Positions 29,446-40,280 of a DNA stretch of 64,000 nucleotides are shown here, piece after piece. The notes under the pieces were generated by a model. The model was not told where the DNA came from, did not search any database, and saw only the letters and a list, made by a program, of their open reading frames with translations. Every line of letters starts with the position of its first letter. Positions within the stretch are counted from its first letter, which is position 1. Source of the stretch: Nitrospirota bacterium (lineage in GTDB: Bacteria > Nitrospirota > JACRHL01). The DNA lies in NCBI GenBank assembly GCA_029881725.1, contig JAOUMB010000001.1:17321-81320 (forward strand). Direction: 5' to 3'. Made by a program: the position numbers and the translations under genes.

Positions 29446-30294
29446 ATGGCCGTCCACATCGATACCCGCCGCCGGGTGCTGATCAACAAGCTGGTCATGG
29501 GTGTCTCCACCGGCGCCGCCTTGGCGGGATTGACCATGCTGGTGTGGATTCTGGGTGACGTGGCCCTCAAGGGGCTGTCCGCCATCAACTGGGATTTCTT
29601 CACCAAGCTGCCCGCCCCTCCCGGCGAGGAAGGCGGCGGTCTGGCCAACGCCATTGTGGGCACCCTGATCCTGACCGTGGCGGCGGCGCTCATCGCGGTG
29701 CCGTTCGGTGTGCTGGCGGGCACCTATCTGGCCGAATTCGGAAAAACCGAAAAGCTGGGCGCGGCAGTGCGCTACGTGTCCGACATCCTGGTGAGCGCCC
29801 CGTCCATCGTGATCGGCGTGTTCGCCTATCTGGTCATCGTGATTCCCATGGGCAACTTCTCCGGCTGGGCCGGTGCGGTGGCGCTGGCCATCATCATGAT
29901 CCCGGTGGTCACCCGCACCACCGAGGAGATGCTGCGGCTGGTGCCCATCGAGATGCGCGAGGCCACCCTGGCCCTGGGCGCCCCCTACTGGAAGATGATG
30001 CTCGGCGTCATCTACCGGGCCGCCGCCACCGGCATGACCACCGGCATCCTGCTGGCGGTGGCGCGGGTGTCCGGCGAAACCGCGCCCCTTCTGTTCACCT
30101 CCCTCAACAGCCCCTACTGGCTGGAGAGCCTGAACGAGCCCATTGCCAACCTGACCGTGACCCTGTTCAACTATGCCATGAGCCCCTACGAGGACTGGCA
30201 GACCATGGCCTGGGGAGCGGCGTTTCTGATTACCTCCTCCGTGCTGGCACTTACCGTGTTTTCCCGTATCATTCTGATGAAGCGGATGCGATGA
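29446..30294 (+). CDS. pstA: Phosphate ABC permease
   Basis: [29 protein letters not shown]. Confidence 0.96.
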   Translation: MAVHIDTRRRVLINKLVMGVSTGAALAGLTMLVWILGDVALKGLSAINWDFFTKLPAPPGEEGGGLANAIVGTLILTVAAALIAVPFGVLAGTYLAEFGKTEKLGAAVRYVSDILVSAPSIVIGVFAYLVIVIPMGNFSGWAGAVALAIIMIPVVTRTTEEMLRLVPIEMREATLALGAPYWKMMLGVIYRAAATGMTTGILLAVARVSGETAPLLFTSLNSPYWLESLNEPIANLTVTLFNYAMSPYEDWQTMAWGAAFLITSSVLALTVFSRIILMKRMR

Positions 30295-31193
30295 CGAGCA
30301 ATCTGGTGACCAAACCCAAACATACCGACCCCACCCCCCCCGAAGCGGACGCCGTCAGCGAGACCCCGCCACGGGATGCCGTCCGGCCGCCGCGCAAGCC
30401 ACACCTGGAGGCCTCGCGCAGAGGCGGCCGCAAGGTGGAAAAGGCCAAGGTATCGGTACGCGGCCTCAATTTCTTCTATGGCGAAAAGCAGGCGTTGATG
30501 GACAACACCCTGGACATCGCCGAGGGCAAGGTAACCGCCTTCATCGGCCCGTCCGGTTGCGGCAAGTCCACCCACATCCGCACCTACAACCGCATGTATG
30601 ACCTGTACAAGGGGCAACGCGCGGAAGGCGAAATTCTGATGGATGGCGTGAACATCCTCTCACCGGAAATCTCGTCGCTGGAATTGCGCCACCGCATCGG
30701 CATGATTTTTCAGAAACCGACCCCGTTCCCCATGAGCGTGTTCGACAACGTGGCCTATGGCCTGCGCCTGCGCGGCAACATGCCCAAAAGCGAACTGGAA
30801 GGCCGGGTGGAGCAGGCCCTCAAGGACGCCGCCCTGTGGGATCAGGTGCAGGATGATCTGCACAAGCCGGGCACCGACCTGTCCGGCGGGCAGCAGCAGC
30901 GTTTGTGCATTGCCCGCGCCATTGCGGTGGAGCCGGAGGTGATCCTGATGGACGAGCCGTGCTCCGCGCTGGACCCCATCGCCACCGGCAAGATCGAGGA
31001 ACTGATCGAGGAGTTCCGGGGCCGCTACACGGTGGTGATCGTGACCCACAACATGCAGCAGGCGGCCCGCGTGTCGGACTATACGGCCTTCTTTTACATC
31101 GGCAAGCTGGTGGAGTTCGGCGATACCGACACCATTTTCACCAACCCCCGTAAACAGCAGACGGAAGATTACATCACCGGTCGCTTCGGCTGA
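30291..31193 (+). CDS. pstB: Phosphate ABC ATPase
   Basis: [32 protein letters not shown]. Confidence 0.97.
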   Translation: MTSNLVTKPKHTDPTPPEADAVSETPPRDAVRPPRKPHLEASRRGGRKVEKAKVSVRGLNFFYGEKQALMDNTLDIAEGKVTAFIGPSGCGKSTHIRTYNRMYDLYKGQRAEGEILMDGVNILSPEISSLELRHRIGMIFQKPTPFPMSVFDNVAYGLRLRGNMPKSELEGRVEQALKDAALWDQVQDDLHKPGTDLSGGQQQRLCIARAIAVEPEVILMDEPCSALDPIATGKIEELIEEFRGRYTVVIVTHNMQQAARVSDYTAFFYIGKLVEFGDTDTIFTNPRKQQTEDYITGRFG

Positions 31194-31212
31194 CCGGACC
31201 ACAAGGATCCCC

Positions 31213-31917
31213 ATGGCACCCAATCAGGCCCATACCAGCCGCAAATTCGACGAGGAGATGTCCGACCTGAAAAGCCGCGTCCTGTCCCTGGGCGGGCTGG
31301 TGGAAAAAGCCATCGACAGCGCCATGATGGCCCTGTTGAACACGGACAACGAGATGGCCGAGCTGACCATCGACCGCGACAAGGCCATCAACGCGCTGGA
31401 AGTGCAGTGCGACGACATGACCCGCTCCATTCTGGTGCGCCGTCAGCCGGCGGCGGGGGACCTGCGGTTCATCATTTCGGCCATCAAGGTGGTCACCGAC
31501 CTGGAACGCATGGGCGATCTGGCGGCGGGCATCGCCGAGGGTTCCCTGCGTCTGGGGGAAATGCCCGACGGCCCCAAGTCCAGCCTGTCGGCCATGAGTG
31601 ATCTGGTCAAGCAGCAGGTGTCCCGGGCGCTGGATGCCCTCTCCCGCGGCGACATCGATCTGGCCATGGAGGTGATCGAAAAGGACAACGCGGTGGACGA
31701 GATGTACCACGCCACCTACCGGGAACTGCTCACCTACATGATCGAAAATCCGCGCCGGATCAGCGCGTACATCATTCTGAGCAACATCGCCAAGAACCTG
31801 GAACGGATCGGCGATCACGCCACCAACCTGTGCGAGATGGTGATCTACATCATCCGTGCCCACGACATCCGCCACGTGGACCACGAGGCCGCCGCGGCCC
31901 TGCTCAAGGAGGAGTAG
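31213..31917 (+). CDS. phoU: Phosphate signalling protein PhoU
   Basis: QPAAGDLR, DLERMGD, LERIGDHATN. Confidence 0.96.
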   Translation: MAPNQAHTSRKFDEEMSDLKSRVLSLGGLVEKAIDSAMMALLNTDNEMAELTIDRDKAINALEVQCDDMTRSILVRRQPAAGDLRFIISAIKVVTDLERMGDLAAGIAEGSLRLGEMPDGPKSSLSAMSDLVKQQVSRALDALSRGDIDLAMEVIEKDNAVDEMYHATYRELLTYMIENPRRISAYIILSNIAKNLERIGDHATNLCEMVIYIIRAHDIRHVDHEAAAALLKEE

Positions 31918-31979
31918 CGTCCGGCGGCGCGAGTGCAACCCCCCCGTTTTCGGTTAAACCCGCCGGGGGAATGGAGCCG

Positions 31980-32963
31980 CTACATCTGCCGGGTGCCGCC
32001 GCTCCGGCTCGCCACGCGCATGCGGCTTTTGGGCGGCAGCGCGCCAAAGGAATGGCCGTCCTGTTGCAGCTTGGGGGGATCGGGAAACGGCTTGCTCGGC
32101 GGCAAGGGCGCGAACGACTCGCCGTTACGGGCGCGCATGTCGTAATACAGCACCACGATCAGCACCATGTACACGGGCATCATGCCCAGTTGCAGGGCCA
32201 TGGGCACCAGCCCCTTGACCACATCCGGCACCAGCCCGGAGGGCAGGAACAGCATGCCGACGGTCATGGCCAGGACCATCGCCATCATCAGCAACGCCAT
32301 CACCAGATAGACCCCGAAATTCCGCCAGCACCGCCCCCAGGCCAGTTCCACACTGCGCCGCAGGGCGCGGAGTGCCCACTTGCCTTCCGCCACCACCACG
32401 ACGGGTGCGAACAGCAGATTCATCATCAGCATCATGCCCAGCACCCAGGTTGCCAGGGCGCAGGCAAACGTCACCCCGCCGCCAAGTTGCATCCGGATCG
32501 CCAGTTGGCCCGGCAGCATGGTCACCCCAATCGCCACCGCGGCCAGCAGGCCGGTGGGAAACATCTTGAGTGCCGGGGCGCCAATGCCCGCGGCCAGGGC
32601 ATCCCCCAAGGAGGGACGACGCCCCTCACAGGCGGCGCACACCACGTGAATGGTGGCCACGTAGCTGACCACGCCGCCAAGAATCATCAGCAGCGCTCCG
32701 GCTGCCAGCAAGCCGATGGGCAGGGCCTGCATCAGCGGACCCAGGTCCGGCGGCGTGCCCGGCGACTGCCGGGAAATTTCAGAAAGTCCGGCCACCCATG
32801 CCGGGTTGGCCATGGTGGTCACCCCAAGCCACACAAGCACCCCCAGGGCCGGCAACAGCGGCACCGTTCCCACTGCGGTCAACACCAGCATATGGTCGAT
32901 GAACATCCCGAAGGTGGTGCGAATCACCTGACCCAATGTCATTCGTGAGCGGATCGGCTCCAT
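31980..32963 (-). CDS. Hypothetical polytopic membrane protein
   Basis: Several TM helices; ALRRS.EL..G.W and LYYDMRAR motifs; RBS GGAGG. Confidence 0.7.
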   Translation of the reverse strand: MEPIRSRMTLGQVIRTTFGMFIDHMLVLTAVGTVPLLPALGVLVWLGVTTMANPAWVAGLSEISRQSPGTPPDLGPLMQALPIGLLAAGALLMILGGVVSYVATIHVVCAACEGRRPSLGDALAAGIGAPALKMFPTGLLAAVAIGVTMLPGQLAIRMQLGGGVTFACALATWVLGMMLMMNLLFAPVVVVAEGKWALRALRRSVELAWGRCWRNFGVYLVMALLMMAMVLAMTVGMLFLPSGLVPDVVKGLVPMALQLGMMPVYMVLIVVLYYDMRARNGESFAPLPPSKPFPDPPKLQQDGHSFGALPPKSRMRVASRSGGTRQM

Positions 32964-33146
32964 GACAACCTCCCGGTCCGGGAGGTTATCCTGCAACGGA
33001 CATCCCCGGGCCACTGTAATTGGCCCGCCACGTCAGCGGGCATCGATGGCCGCAGCCACCTCCCCATTGCGCCATAACCCGCCGGGTCGCTATAACAGGG
33101 GCACTCAATTCACCCCTTTCACATTCGCCCCACGGAGGCATCCGGT

Positions 33147-34271
33147 ATGGCACCCTCTCTTTTCGTCCTGTTCGGTGTTTTCCTCAACCTTTTGTTTGCC
33201 GTTCCTCCTACATTTGCCGAAGGGCCGGAGCGGGCCCGTGACATGGGCATCATTTTTGAAGGAAAAACAGGTCGTTACAACGCCATCACCGATGTGAACG
33301 GGGTCACCGTTGGGCATGCCACGGTGGTATCGGCGGATACGGGGCCCAACGCCGCGCGCACCGGGGTAACCGTGGTGTTTCCGGGCGGCTCCGGCACCGA
33401 TGAACGGTACCCCGCCGCAACCCATGTGCTGAACGGCAATGGGGAGATGACCGGTACCGTTTGGGTTGCGGAATCGGGCTTTCTGGAGGGACCGGTGGTG
33501 CTCACCAACACCCACTCGGTGGGCACCGCCCATCAGGCCCTCATCGCCTGGGGCCAGCGGCGCTTTCCCGGCACCGAGGCCTACAGCCTGCCGGTGGTGG
33601 CCGAAACCTGGGACGGCTTTTTAAACGACATCAACGGCTTTCACGTCACCAGCGCCCATGTGGAGGCGGCCATCCAGGCGGCCGCCTCCGGCCCGGTGGC
33701 CGAAGGCAACGTGGGGGGCGGCACCGGCATGGTGGCCTACCGGTTCAAGGGCGGGATTGGCACCGCCAGCCGCGTGACGGACGGAACCGGATACACGGTG
33801 GGCGTGCTGGTGCAGGCCAATTACGGCCGCCGGGAGGACCTGATCATTTCCGGGGTGCCGGTGGGCAGGATGATCACCGACCGGATGCCGGCGCGGGGCA
33901 TCGACCGTCAGCGGCGCGAAGGCTCGATCGTCGCCGTGGTGGCCACGGATTCTCCACTGCTCCCGCACCAGTTGCAACGGCTGGCGCGGCGCGTGCCGCT
34001 GGCGCTGGGAAAACTGGGCAGCGTGGCCACCAACTCGTCGGGGGATCTGTTCGTGGCCTTTTCCACCGCGCTCCCGGACCTGAAGAAGGGGGTTGAACGG
34101 TGGCGCGCCGTTCCCAACGACGCCCTGGACCCGCTGTTCACCGCCGTCATCCAGGCCACCGAGGAGGCGGTGCTGAACGCCATGATCGCGGCGAAAACCA
34201 TGACCGGGCGCGACGGCAACACGGTATACGCCCTGCCCCACGAGCGGCTGCGGAAACTGCTGAAGCCGTAA
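33147..34271 (+). CDS. DmpA/BapA (peptidase S58) aminopeptidase
   Basis: NAITDV.GV.VGH, NGNGEMTG, PVVAETWD, EGNVGGGTGM, NSSGD. Confidence 0.92.
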   Translation: MAPSLFVLFGVFLNLLFAVPPTFAEGPERARDMGIIFEGKTGRYNAITDVNGVTVGHATVVSADTGPNAARTGVTVVFPGGSGTDERYPAATHVLNGNGEMTGTVWVAESGFLEGPVVLTNTHSVGTAHQALIAWGQRRFPGTEAYSLPVVAETWDGFLNDINGFHVTSAHVEAAIQAAASGPVAEGNVGGGTGMVAYRFKGGIGTASRVTDGTGYTVGVLVQANYGRREDLIISGVPVGRMITDRMPARGIDRQRREGSIVAVVATDSPLLPHQLQRLARRVPLALGKLGSVATNSSGDLFVAFSTALPDLKKGVERWRAVPNDALDPLFTAVIQATEEAVLNAMIAAKTMTGRDGNTVYALPHERLRKLLKP

Positions 34272-34279
34272 GCTTCCCC

Positions 34280-35038
34280 CTAGCGGCGCGCCCCCAGCAC
34301 CCATCCCAGCGGCAGGTGCACGCTGCCTTCCGCGTGCAGGCCGAGGCGTCCTTGGCCCCGGTCGGTAAAAGCGACCTGTTCCAGGGCCACCCGGTGCCGT
34401 TTCAGGCTGTCGGGCAACGACGCCACCAGCCCCTCCGGGGCCGACTTGCGGATTTCCTTCTCGATCAGGTCGGACAGCAGTTGCTCCAGGTTGAAAATGC
34501 GCGTCAGCTTGCCCAGATTGCCGCGTGGCTCGGCGCGGGTGATGCGCACCTCCAGCCGCACCCGCTCGGTGCCCTCGATTACCGGGGTCGCCGCCGCGCC
34601 GATGTCCACGGTGCCGCTGAGCAGCAGGCGCGGGGCCTTGCCGAACAGGCATGCCCACTGCTCCAGTTGCATCACCCCGGTCACGCCGAGGCCCCCGTCC
34701 AGGGGAACCACGCGCATCTCGCTCAGGGACACCCGCTGGCCACACTCGTCATACTGCTTGGTGCCCCCCAGCGATTCGGTCAACCGCTCCTGCACCGCGC
34801 CCATGTCCGCGTCCAGCACCAGGGTGCCGCGCATCCCCTTGCCCTCCGGGGTCACCGTAAGGGTGGGCACAAAGCGCACCGGCACCGGCTTGCCGTCCAC
34901 CATCACCTGGCCGGACACCGGCTCCATGGGCACCTTTTGGGGGGTGGAGGCAAGGATGCTCGCAGGCCAGACCAGGAGCCCGATCAGGGCTCCCAGCATC
35001 AGCGATCGGGTTCGGTGAATCGAAAGGGAACGTTCCAT
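34280..35038 (-). CDS. Hypothetical exported protein
   Basis: Signal-like N-terminus, coding-like codon bias, GGAG upstream. Confidence 0.55.
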   Translation of the reverse strand: MERSLSIHRTRSLMLGALIGLLVWPASILASTPQKVPMEPVSGQVMVDGKPVPVRFVPTLTVTPEGKGMRGTLVLDADMGAVQERLTESLGGTKQYDECGQRVSLSEMRVVPLDGGLGVTGVMQLEQWACLFGKAPRLLLSGTVDIGAAATPVIEGTERVRLEVRITRAEPRGNLGKLTRIFNLEQLLSDLIEKEIRKSAPEGLVASLPDSLKRHRVALEQVAFTDRGQGRLGLHAEGSVHLPLGWVLGARR

Positions 35039-35140
35039 GGGGGCGACTCCAAAAGAAGTCTTATCGGCGAAATCGGCCTGATTCGCAATTCCAGTTTGGC
35101 CGCCAGGGGTATTCTCCGGCTGAGCGCTTCCCGCCCCGCG

Positions 35141-35280
35141 TCAGCTCGCGGCCCGGGGCGGCAATTTCACCTCTCCGGCAATGCCGTCGAAGTCGTACCC
35201 AAACATGTCGATGTCCTGCTTGAAGGCCTCGGCCACCTGGTAGACGTGAACAAACACAAATTTGAATGGAAAATCAGCAT
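35141..35280 (-). pseudogene. Internally deleted sulfotransferase-family-2 remnant
   Basis: MLIFH / frameshift / KFVFVHVY joined directly to VAEAFKQDIDMFGYDF. Confidence 0.6.
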
Positions 35281-35379
35281 GGCCAGAAAGTCCTGAAACC
35301 GGCACTCCAACACAAGGTGAAATGGATCGGGGTCGCGTCGGGTAACGATACCACGCCCGCTCCACGCAAAAAAACCGGG

Positions 35380-36495
35380 CTAACGGGGGACTCCCGCCAG
35401 GGCCTCCAGCAGGTCCGCCCCCACCCGTTCCACGGAACAGAATTCCCGCACCCGCGCCACGCCCGCTTCGACCATTTTCCGATAGTGATCCGGCTCGTCG
35501 ATCAGGTGCGCGAATTTTTCCACAAACCCGGCTTCGTCGTCGTACAGGCACCAGGACAGTTCGCCGGTAAATAACTCATCGAACGGCCCCCACCGGTTGC
35601 ACAGCACCGGCAGGCCTGCCGCCATGGCGTCCACCACCACGTTGGGAAACACGTCCATTTCGGAACAGTAGACCAGCACGTCGGCCTCGCCCATGCGGCG
35701 CGGCAAGTCGTTCACGCGGCCGGGAAATTCGATGCGGCCCCGAAAGCGGCTGGCGCGCCACCGGTCGCGGCTCAGGCGGAAATAGCGCCCATCTCCGGCC
35801 AATGTCCAGTTCACTTCCGGGCGCGCGGCCATCACCGCCTCCATCAGGCCGTACAGGCGCAGCACCCCTTCGGTTTTGAGGCGGAACATGTACACCGTGG
35901 CGGTCAGCGCGCGCACCCCGCGCGCCGGGTCGGGCACGTAACCGGTGCGCACCCTGCCCACCGGCTTGGTGCTGCGCACCACCGCCATGGGGGTGCCTGG
36001 GAGCAGCTCTCGCGCCTTTTTTTGCAGATGCTCCGACATGGGCCACACGGCGTCGGCCACCGCCAGGTTGTGGAACCACACCCCGCGGTACCATTCGGCC
36101 TTGCCCCTGGTCCACCACCAGCGGGCAGCCACCACCTCGTCATACTCGCGCCAGGCATCGCCGCGCAGGCGCACCACGTAGCGGCACCCCAGCGCCTTGA
36201 TCCGGTCCACGAACCACGAATCCAGCAGCAACCGGTCGGTAAGCACGATCTTGTGCCTGTGCGGCAGCGCCGCGATGGCGTTCAGGGCGCGGCGGGAAAA
36301 CAGCTCCCCCACCCCCGGCACGCGCACGGTGATGGCCAGCGCGTGGCCGGGCAGAAAGTAGCGCTCGTAGGGCAGCGTTACCAGCGTGACCGGCAGCGCC
36401 TCCAGCGCCGCGCCAATCTCCGCGTAGCGCGGCGAGTGGATATAGATCAGGGCGGTGTCCTGCGGGGTCATGGCCTGTGCCGATCCGGCGGTCAT
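35380..36495 (-). CDS. GT4 (GT-B) glycosyltransferase
   Basis: LAGDG, FPGRV, DVFPNVVVDAMAAGLPV. Confidence 0.8.
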   Translation of the reverse strand: MTAGSAQAMTPQDTALIYIHSPRYAEIGAALEALPVTLVTLPYERYFLPGHALAITVRVPGVGELFSRRALNAIAALPHRHKIVLTDRLLLDSWFVDRIKALGCRYVVRLRGDAWREYDEVVAARWWWTRGKAEWYRGVWFHNLAVADAVWPMSEHLQKKARELLPGTPMAVVRSTKPVGRVRTGYVPDPARGVRALTATVYMFRLKTEGVLRLYGLMEAVMAARPEVNWTLAGDGRYFRLSRDRWRASRFRGRIEFPGRVNDLPRRMGEADVLVYCSEMDVFPNVVVDAMAAGLPVLCNRWGPFDELFTGELSWCLYDDEAGFVEKFAHLIDEPDHYRKMVEAGVARVREFCSVERVGADLLEALAGVPR

Positions 36496-37418
36496 CCGCC
36501 CTTCAACCCCCGCATCACCCGCCACAGGAACCGCTGCAGCGGAACCCCGAACAGGGTGTCGACCAGCAGGACATACATCCCCAGCCGTTGAACCGGTGTT
36601 TCCAGAAACGCCCGCACCAGATAGCGCGATCCGTTGCGAAAATCCCGGTCGCGGAAATAGTGGTGCGCCACCTCCGACCAGCGGACGGCAAGCGCCTTGC
36701 GTTCGGTTCCGTGCCCGTATTTCGCAAAGCGGTCACCATGCTTGGACAGCAGGTGGCGGGTGGAGTTTTCCACGGACTCGCCGGTGGGGTTCCCGTCCCG
36801 GTACACCCGGGCCAGCGGCTTGGGGACCAGCACCAGTTCATACCGCTCCGCATAGCGCAGCAGCCAGTCCCAGTCGGTAAAGCGCGGCAGCGCGGTATCG
36901 TAATAGCCTACCTCGTCGAACACATCACGCCGAACCAGCAGCGTGGCGCCCGGAAACAAGCCGCACCCCATCAGCAGCAGCTTTTCCAGCGGGCGCGACA
37001 GGTGCGGAATCCTGGGGTAGGCCTCGCCGTCCGCCACCAGTTCGATGCCGCAGATGCAGCCGCGCACCGGGTCCGGGGCGCCTTCCAGCACTTCCAGTTG
37101 CGCGGCCAGCTTTCCGGGCAGCCATTCGTCGTCGGAATCCAGATAGGCCACATAGCGGCCGCGCGCGGCCCGCACGCCGGTATTCCGCCCCGCGGCCTCC
37201 CCGCCGTTGACCTCATGGCGGATCAGGCGCACGCGCGGGTCGTCCACGGACTCCACGGCGGCCACCGTCCCGTCCGTGGACCCATCGTCCACCACGACGA
37301 TCTCCAGATCAGGCACCGACTGCTCCAGCACGCTGCGGATGGCCCGCACGATGGTTTTCTCCCTGTTGAACGCGGGCATGACCACGCTTACCAGCGGAGT
37401 GGCGGAAGGTTCAAACAT
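36492..37418 (-). CDS. GT2 glycosyltransferase
   Basis: SVVMPAFNR, VDDGSTD, LDSDD. Confidence 0.9.
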   Translation of the reverse strand: MFEPSATPLVSVVMPAFNREKTIVRAIRSVLEQSVPDLEIVVVDDGSTDGTVAAVESVDDPRVRLIRHEVNGGEAAGRNTGVRAARGRYVAYLDSDDEWLPGKLAAQLEVLEGAPDPVRGCICGIELVADGEAYPRIPHLSRPLEKLLLMGCGLFPGATLLVRRDVFDEVGYYDTALPRFTDWDWLLRYAERYELVLVPKPLARVYRDGNPTGESVENSTRHLLSKHGDRFAKYGHGTERKALAVRWSEVAHHYFRDRDFRNGSRYLVRAFLETPVQRLGMYVLLVDTLFGVPLQRFLWRVMRGLKGG

Positions 37419-38334
37419 ACATCTTCCCCAATCCGCGCCTGACGGCAGTGCCCAGGTTTCTCAGGAAGGCCAGTGGCCACAGCGGATTGAACCGCAAACC
37501 CCGCATCGCATACCCGATCGCCCGGAACAGGCGCAAGGAGCGCAACGCATGGTTGACCGCGTCAGACGCAAACCGGGAATGAGCCTTCTGGAGGACCCGG
37601 CGAAAGGACGCGGGGAAACCGGAGCCTTCAAGATACTTTTCCGCCAGACCCATGTCCTCCTCCAACCGGGGAAGGACGCTGCCAGAAGAGCGGTTGATAG
37701 AAATGGAGCCTCCGTGCAGCAGGTAGTGGTAAACATCCCCGTCGAGACACGCGTGATTCGGATTCAACAGGGCCGCCCGCAAGAGCAAATCCCGGTCGGA
37801 CGCGACTGGAAACGATGTGTCAAACCCGCCGACGGTGTCCAGAAAGGCGCGGCGGAAAAAGCGGGCATTGATGACCACCGCCCCCTGGGCCAGCATTTCC
37901 GGGGCCATGGCGAGGCGTTCCGCTCCCGCATAACGCAGCAGTTCCTTCTGGTGTGTACCTTGCTGCTCCCACACCACCGCCGCCCCCGACACCATGTCCA
38001 GGTTCGGTTGCCGGCTGAGATAATCGGCAACCAGCTTGAACGCACCGGACGCATACCGATCGTCGGTATTCAACAGGCCCACCCATTCTCCGGTGGCGCG
38101 CGCAATTCCCTTGTTGATGGCGTCGTACAGCCCGTCGTCCGGTTCGGATACCACCTTCAGATGCGGATATTTCGCCAGCACTTCCAGTGTGCCGTCGGTG
38201 GAGCCGCCGTCCATGACGATGTGCTCGAAATTGGGATAATCCTGGGCCAGCAGACTTTCAATAGCCTCGGCCACAAAGTCCCGCCGGTTCAGGCACGGGG
38301 TGACGATGCTGATGCGGGGCAGCGAGCCGCTCAT
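37411..38334 (-). CDS. GT2 glycosyltransferase (WfgS-like)
   Basis: SIVTPCLN, DGGSTDGT, SEPDDGLYDAINKG, LNTDD. Confidence 0.9.
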   Translation of the reverse strand: MSGSLPRISIVTPCLNRRDFVAEAIESLLAQDYPNFEHIVMDGGSTDGTLEVLAKYPHLKVVSEPDDGLYDAINKGIARATGEWVGLLNTDDRYASGAFKLVADYLSRQPNLDMVSGAAVVWEQQGTHQKELLRYAGAERLAMAPEMLAQGAVVINARFFRRAFLDTVGGFDTSFPVASDRDLLLRAALLNPNHACLDGDVYHYLLHGGSISINRSSGSVLPRLEEDMGLAEKYLEGSGFPASFRRVLQKAHSRFASDAVNHALRSLRLFRAIGYAMRGLRFNPLWPLAFLRNLGTAVRRGLGKMYV

Positions 38335-39239
38335 GCGCCCGCCCCCAGCCGCCGGCGCACATTCCTGAGTACCCGTCCCGAAAAATAGAACGGCCACCAG
38401 GGGTCGCACCGCCAGCCCCTGGCCGCATAGGCGATTGCCCGTGCCGGGTGGCCGTCACGCAGGGCGGCAAACACCCCGTCGGTGGCCGCATGGCCGTGCC
38501 AGCGGCGGCAAGCGGCGCGCACCGGTCCCGGAGTGCCGGGTGCGCGCAGGTAGCGGCGCGGGATTTCCAGGTATTCCTCAATCAGCCGCCCCGCCACCGG
38601 CGTGCGCAGGGCGAAGGTCAGGGATCCCGCATGACGGCGGTAGCGGTACACGGTTTGATCCACCTGCTCCCCGCGCACCCCGGCCATGTACACGCGCAGC
38701 AGGAATTCCCGATCGGCGGCGATGCGGAAATCCGTGTCGTACAGCCCCACCCGCGCATACACCCCGGCGCGGAAAAAGCGCGCGTTGATCATCGGCTCCC
38801 CCACCGTCACATGGTGCAGGGTGAGCGGCCCGTAGACGGGACCGGAATATTCCGCCACGGTGCACGCGCCGTCCGGCCCGTCCTCGAATTCCAGTGCGCC
38901 GCCCGCCACCATGTCGGCCTGGGGGGATTCGGCAAACGCGCGCGCGATGCACGCAAAGGCGCCGGGCACATACAGGTCGTCGCTGTTCAGGTGGCCTAAA
39001 ATCTCCCCCGTGGCCATGCGGATGCCCTTGTTGATGGCATCGTACAACCCGTCGTCCGGTTCGGATACCACCTTCAGATGAGGATACTTCGCCAGCACAT
39101 CCAGGGTACCGTCGGTGGAGCCCCCGTCCACGATAATATGCTCGAAGTGGGGATACTCCTGAGCCAGCACGCTCTCCACCGCCTCAGCAATCATTTCGCG
39201 CCGGTTCAGGCAGGGGGTGATGATGGAAATCGTAGGCAT
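38331..39239 (-). CDS. GT2 glycosyltransferase (WfgS-like), paralog of its neighbour
   Basis: Same motifs as 37411-38334; LNSDD. Confidence 0.9.
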   Translation of the reverse strand: MPTISIITPCLNRREMIAEAVESVLAQEYPHFEHIIVDGGSTDGTLDVLAKYPHLKVVSEPDDGLYDAINKGIRMATGEILGHLNSDDLYVPGAFACIARAFAESPQADMVAGGALEFEDGPDGACTVAEYSGPVYGPLTLHHVTVGEPMINARFFRAGVYARVGLYDTDFRIAADREFLLRVYMAGVRGEQVDQTVYRYRRHAGSLTFALRTPVAGRLIEEYLEIPRRYLRAPGTPGPVRAACRRWHGHAATDGVFAALRDGHPARAIAYAARGWRCDPWWPFYFSGRVLRNVRRRLGAGA

Positions 39240-39332
39240 GGAAGCTCTCAAATGATCCGGGATATTCCTTCGCAAACAGGTCCTGTATATCGTCGGATTC
39301 GTGTGGGCGATGCGGATACGAAAAGCGTCTGG

Positions 39333-40268
39333 CTACCAGTCGTCTTCCGTATAAAAATGAGCAGATATGCTTCCAGTTTTTTCCCGAATGCGCGCAATTT
39401 CCTCGTCAGTCAAACGTTTTTTCCAGGAATGGATCAGGTTGGAACTGTCCCTCCGAATCTCATGCTTCCCCTCGGTTTCCGAAGGATTTTCCGCCGATGT
39501 GTGGGCACGTATCACGTTCCGAACCTCGGGAGACAGAGATTCTCCAAGCGCCTGAAATACATCGCTGAAGCCACCCTCCGGATCCCGGGAAATGTCTTCG
39601 TGGCGAATAAATATCCAGTCTGGATGTCGATCGCGGTACCCGCGAATGGTCTCATGAATCAGATTCCACAGCAGGCAACCTTGGTCCACTATATTCATGT
39701 CCTGCGCAGCAAACTGCTCCAATTCACCCTTGAATTCACCTGCCATATCGCGCATGAACAAAGGCTGCCGGGTAAAATGGTCGAACGGGTGGGGCCATTC
39801 CGCCTTCTTCAGGCTGGAAACAAACGCCGCTGGATGCCGGATCATGGCGACAACCTGCATGTTGAACCGGCGCGCCAGCCATTCCGCTGAAAAAATGGCG
39901 ATCGGATCCTTTAGCAGCGGGCGGCGTCTCTCTCTTTTAAATAAACGGAACTCACGCCATTCCCAAAGTATTTTCATCATTTGCTTTGGACCCAGGCGTG
40001 GCGCCTGTCGCAGCCTTTCCATCGTGGAAAACGAAAACGTAACCGTGTCACAAAGCGCTTCATCAACCATTTCCGCATTGTCATCACAAATATAGGTGAA
40101 CCAAAGCGGAACATCGGCCCGGAACTGACCTCGGGAGTGGTTCACGTTAAACGGTTCGTGGATATACCCGAAGCGTGGGGATGCACAAAGCATCCGGCCC
40201 ACCCAGGTGGTTCCCGAACGATGTGATCCGGTTACCAGTACCGGTGAGTTTGTCCTGCCAGCGTTCAC
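39333..40268 (-). CDS. Sulfotransferase
   Basis: 5'-PSB TGSHRSGTTW, HEPF, KDP, 3'-PB IRHP....SS. Confidence 0.88.
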   Translation of the reverse strand: MNAGRTNSPVLVTGSHRSGTTWVGRMLCASPRFGYIHEPFNVNHSRGQFRADVPLWFTYICDDNAEMVDEALCDTVTFSFSTMERLRQAPRLGPKQMMKILWEWREFRLFKRERRRPLLKDPIAIFSAEWLARRFNMQVVAMIRHPAAFVSSLKKAEWPHPFDHFTRQPLFMRDMAGEFKGELEQFAAQDMNIVDQGCLLWNLIHETIRGYRDRHPDWIFIRHEDISRDPEGGFSDVFQALGESLSPEVRNVIRAHTSAENPSETEGKHEIRRDSSNLIHSWKKRLTDEEIARIREKTGSISAHFYTEDDW

Positions 40269-40280
40269 TCCACATTCTCC

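Noticed and set aside
27447..29723. 758-aa minus-strand ORF and many similar long antisense ORFs
   Set aside because: These are shadows of well-supported genes, expected with high GC3 codon bias, and carry no recognisable motifs
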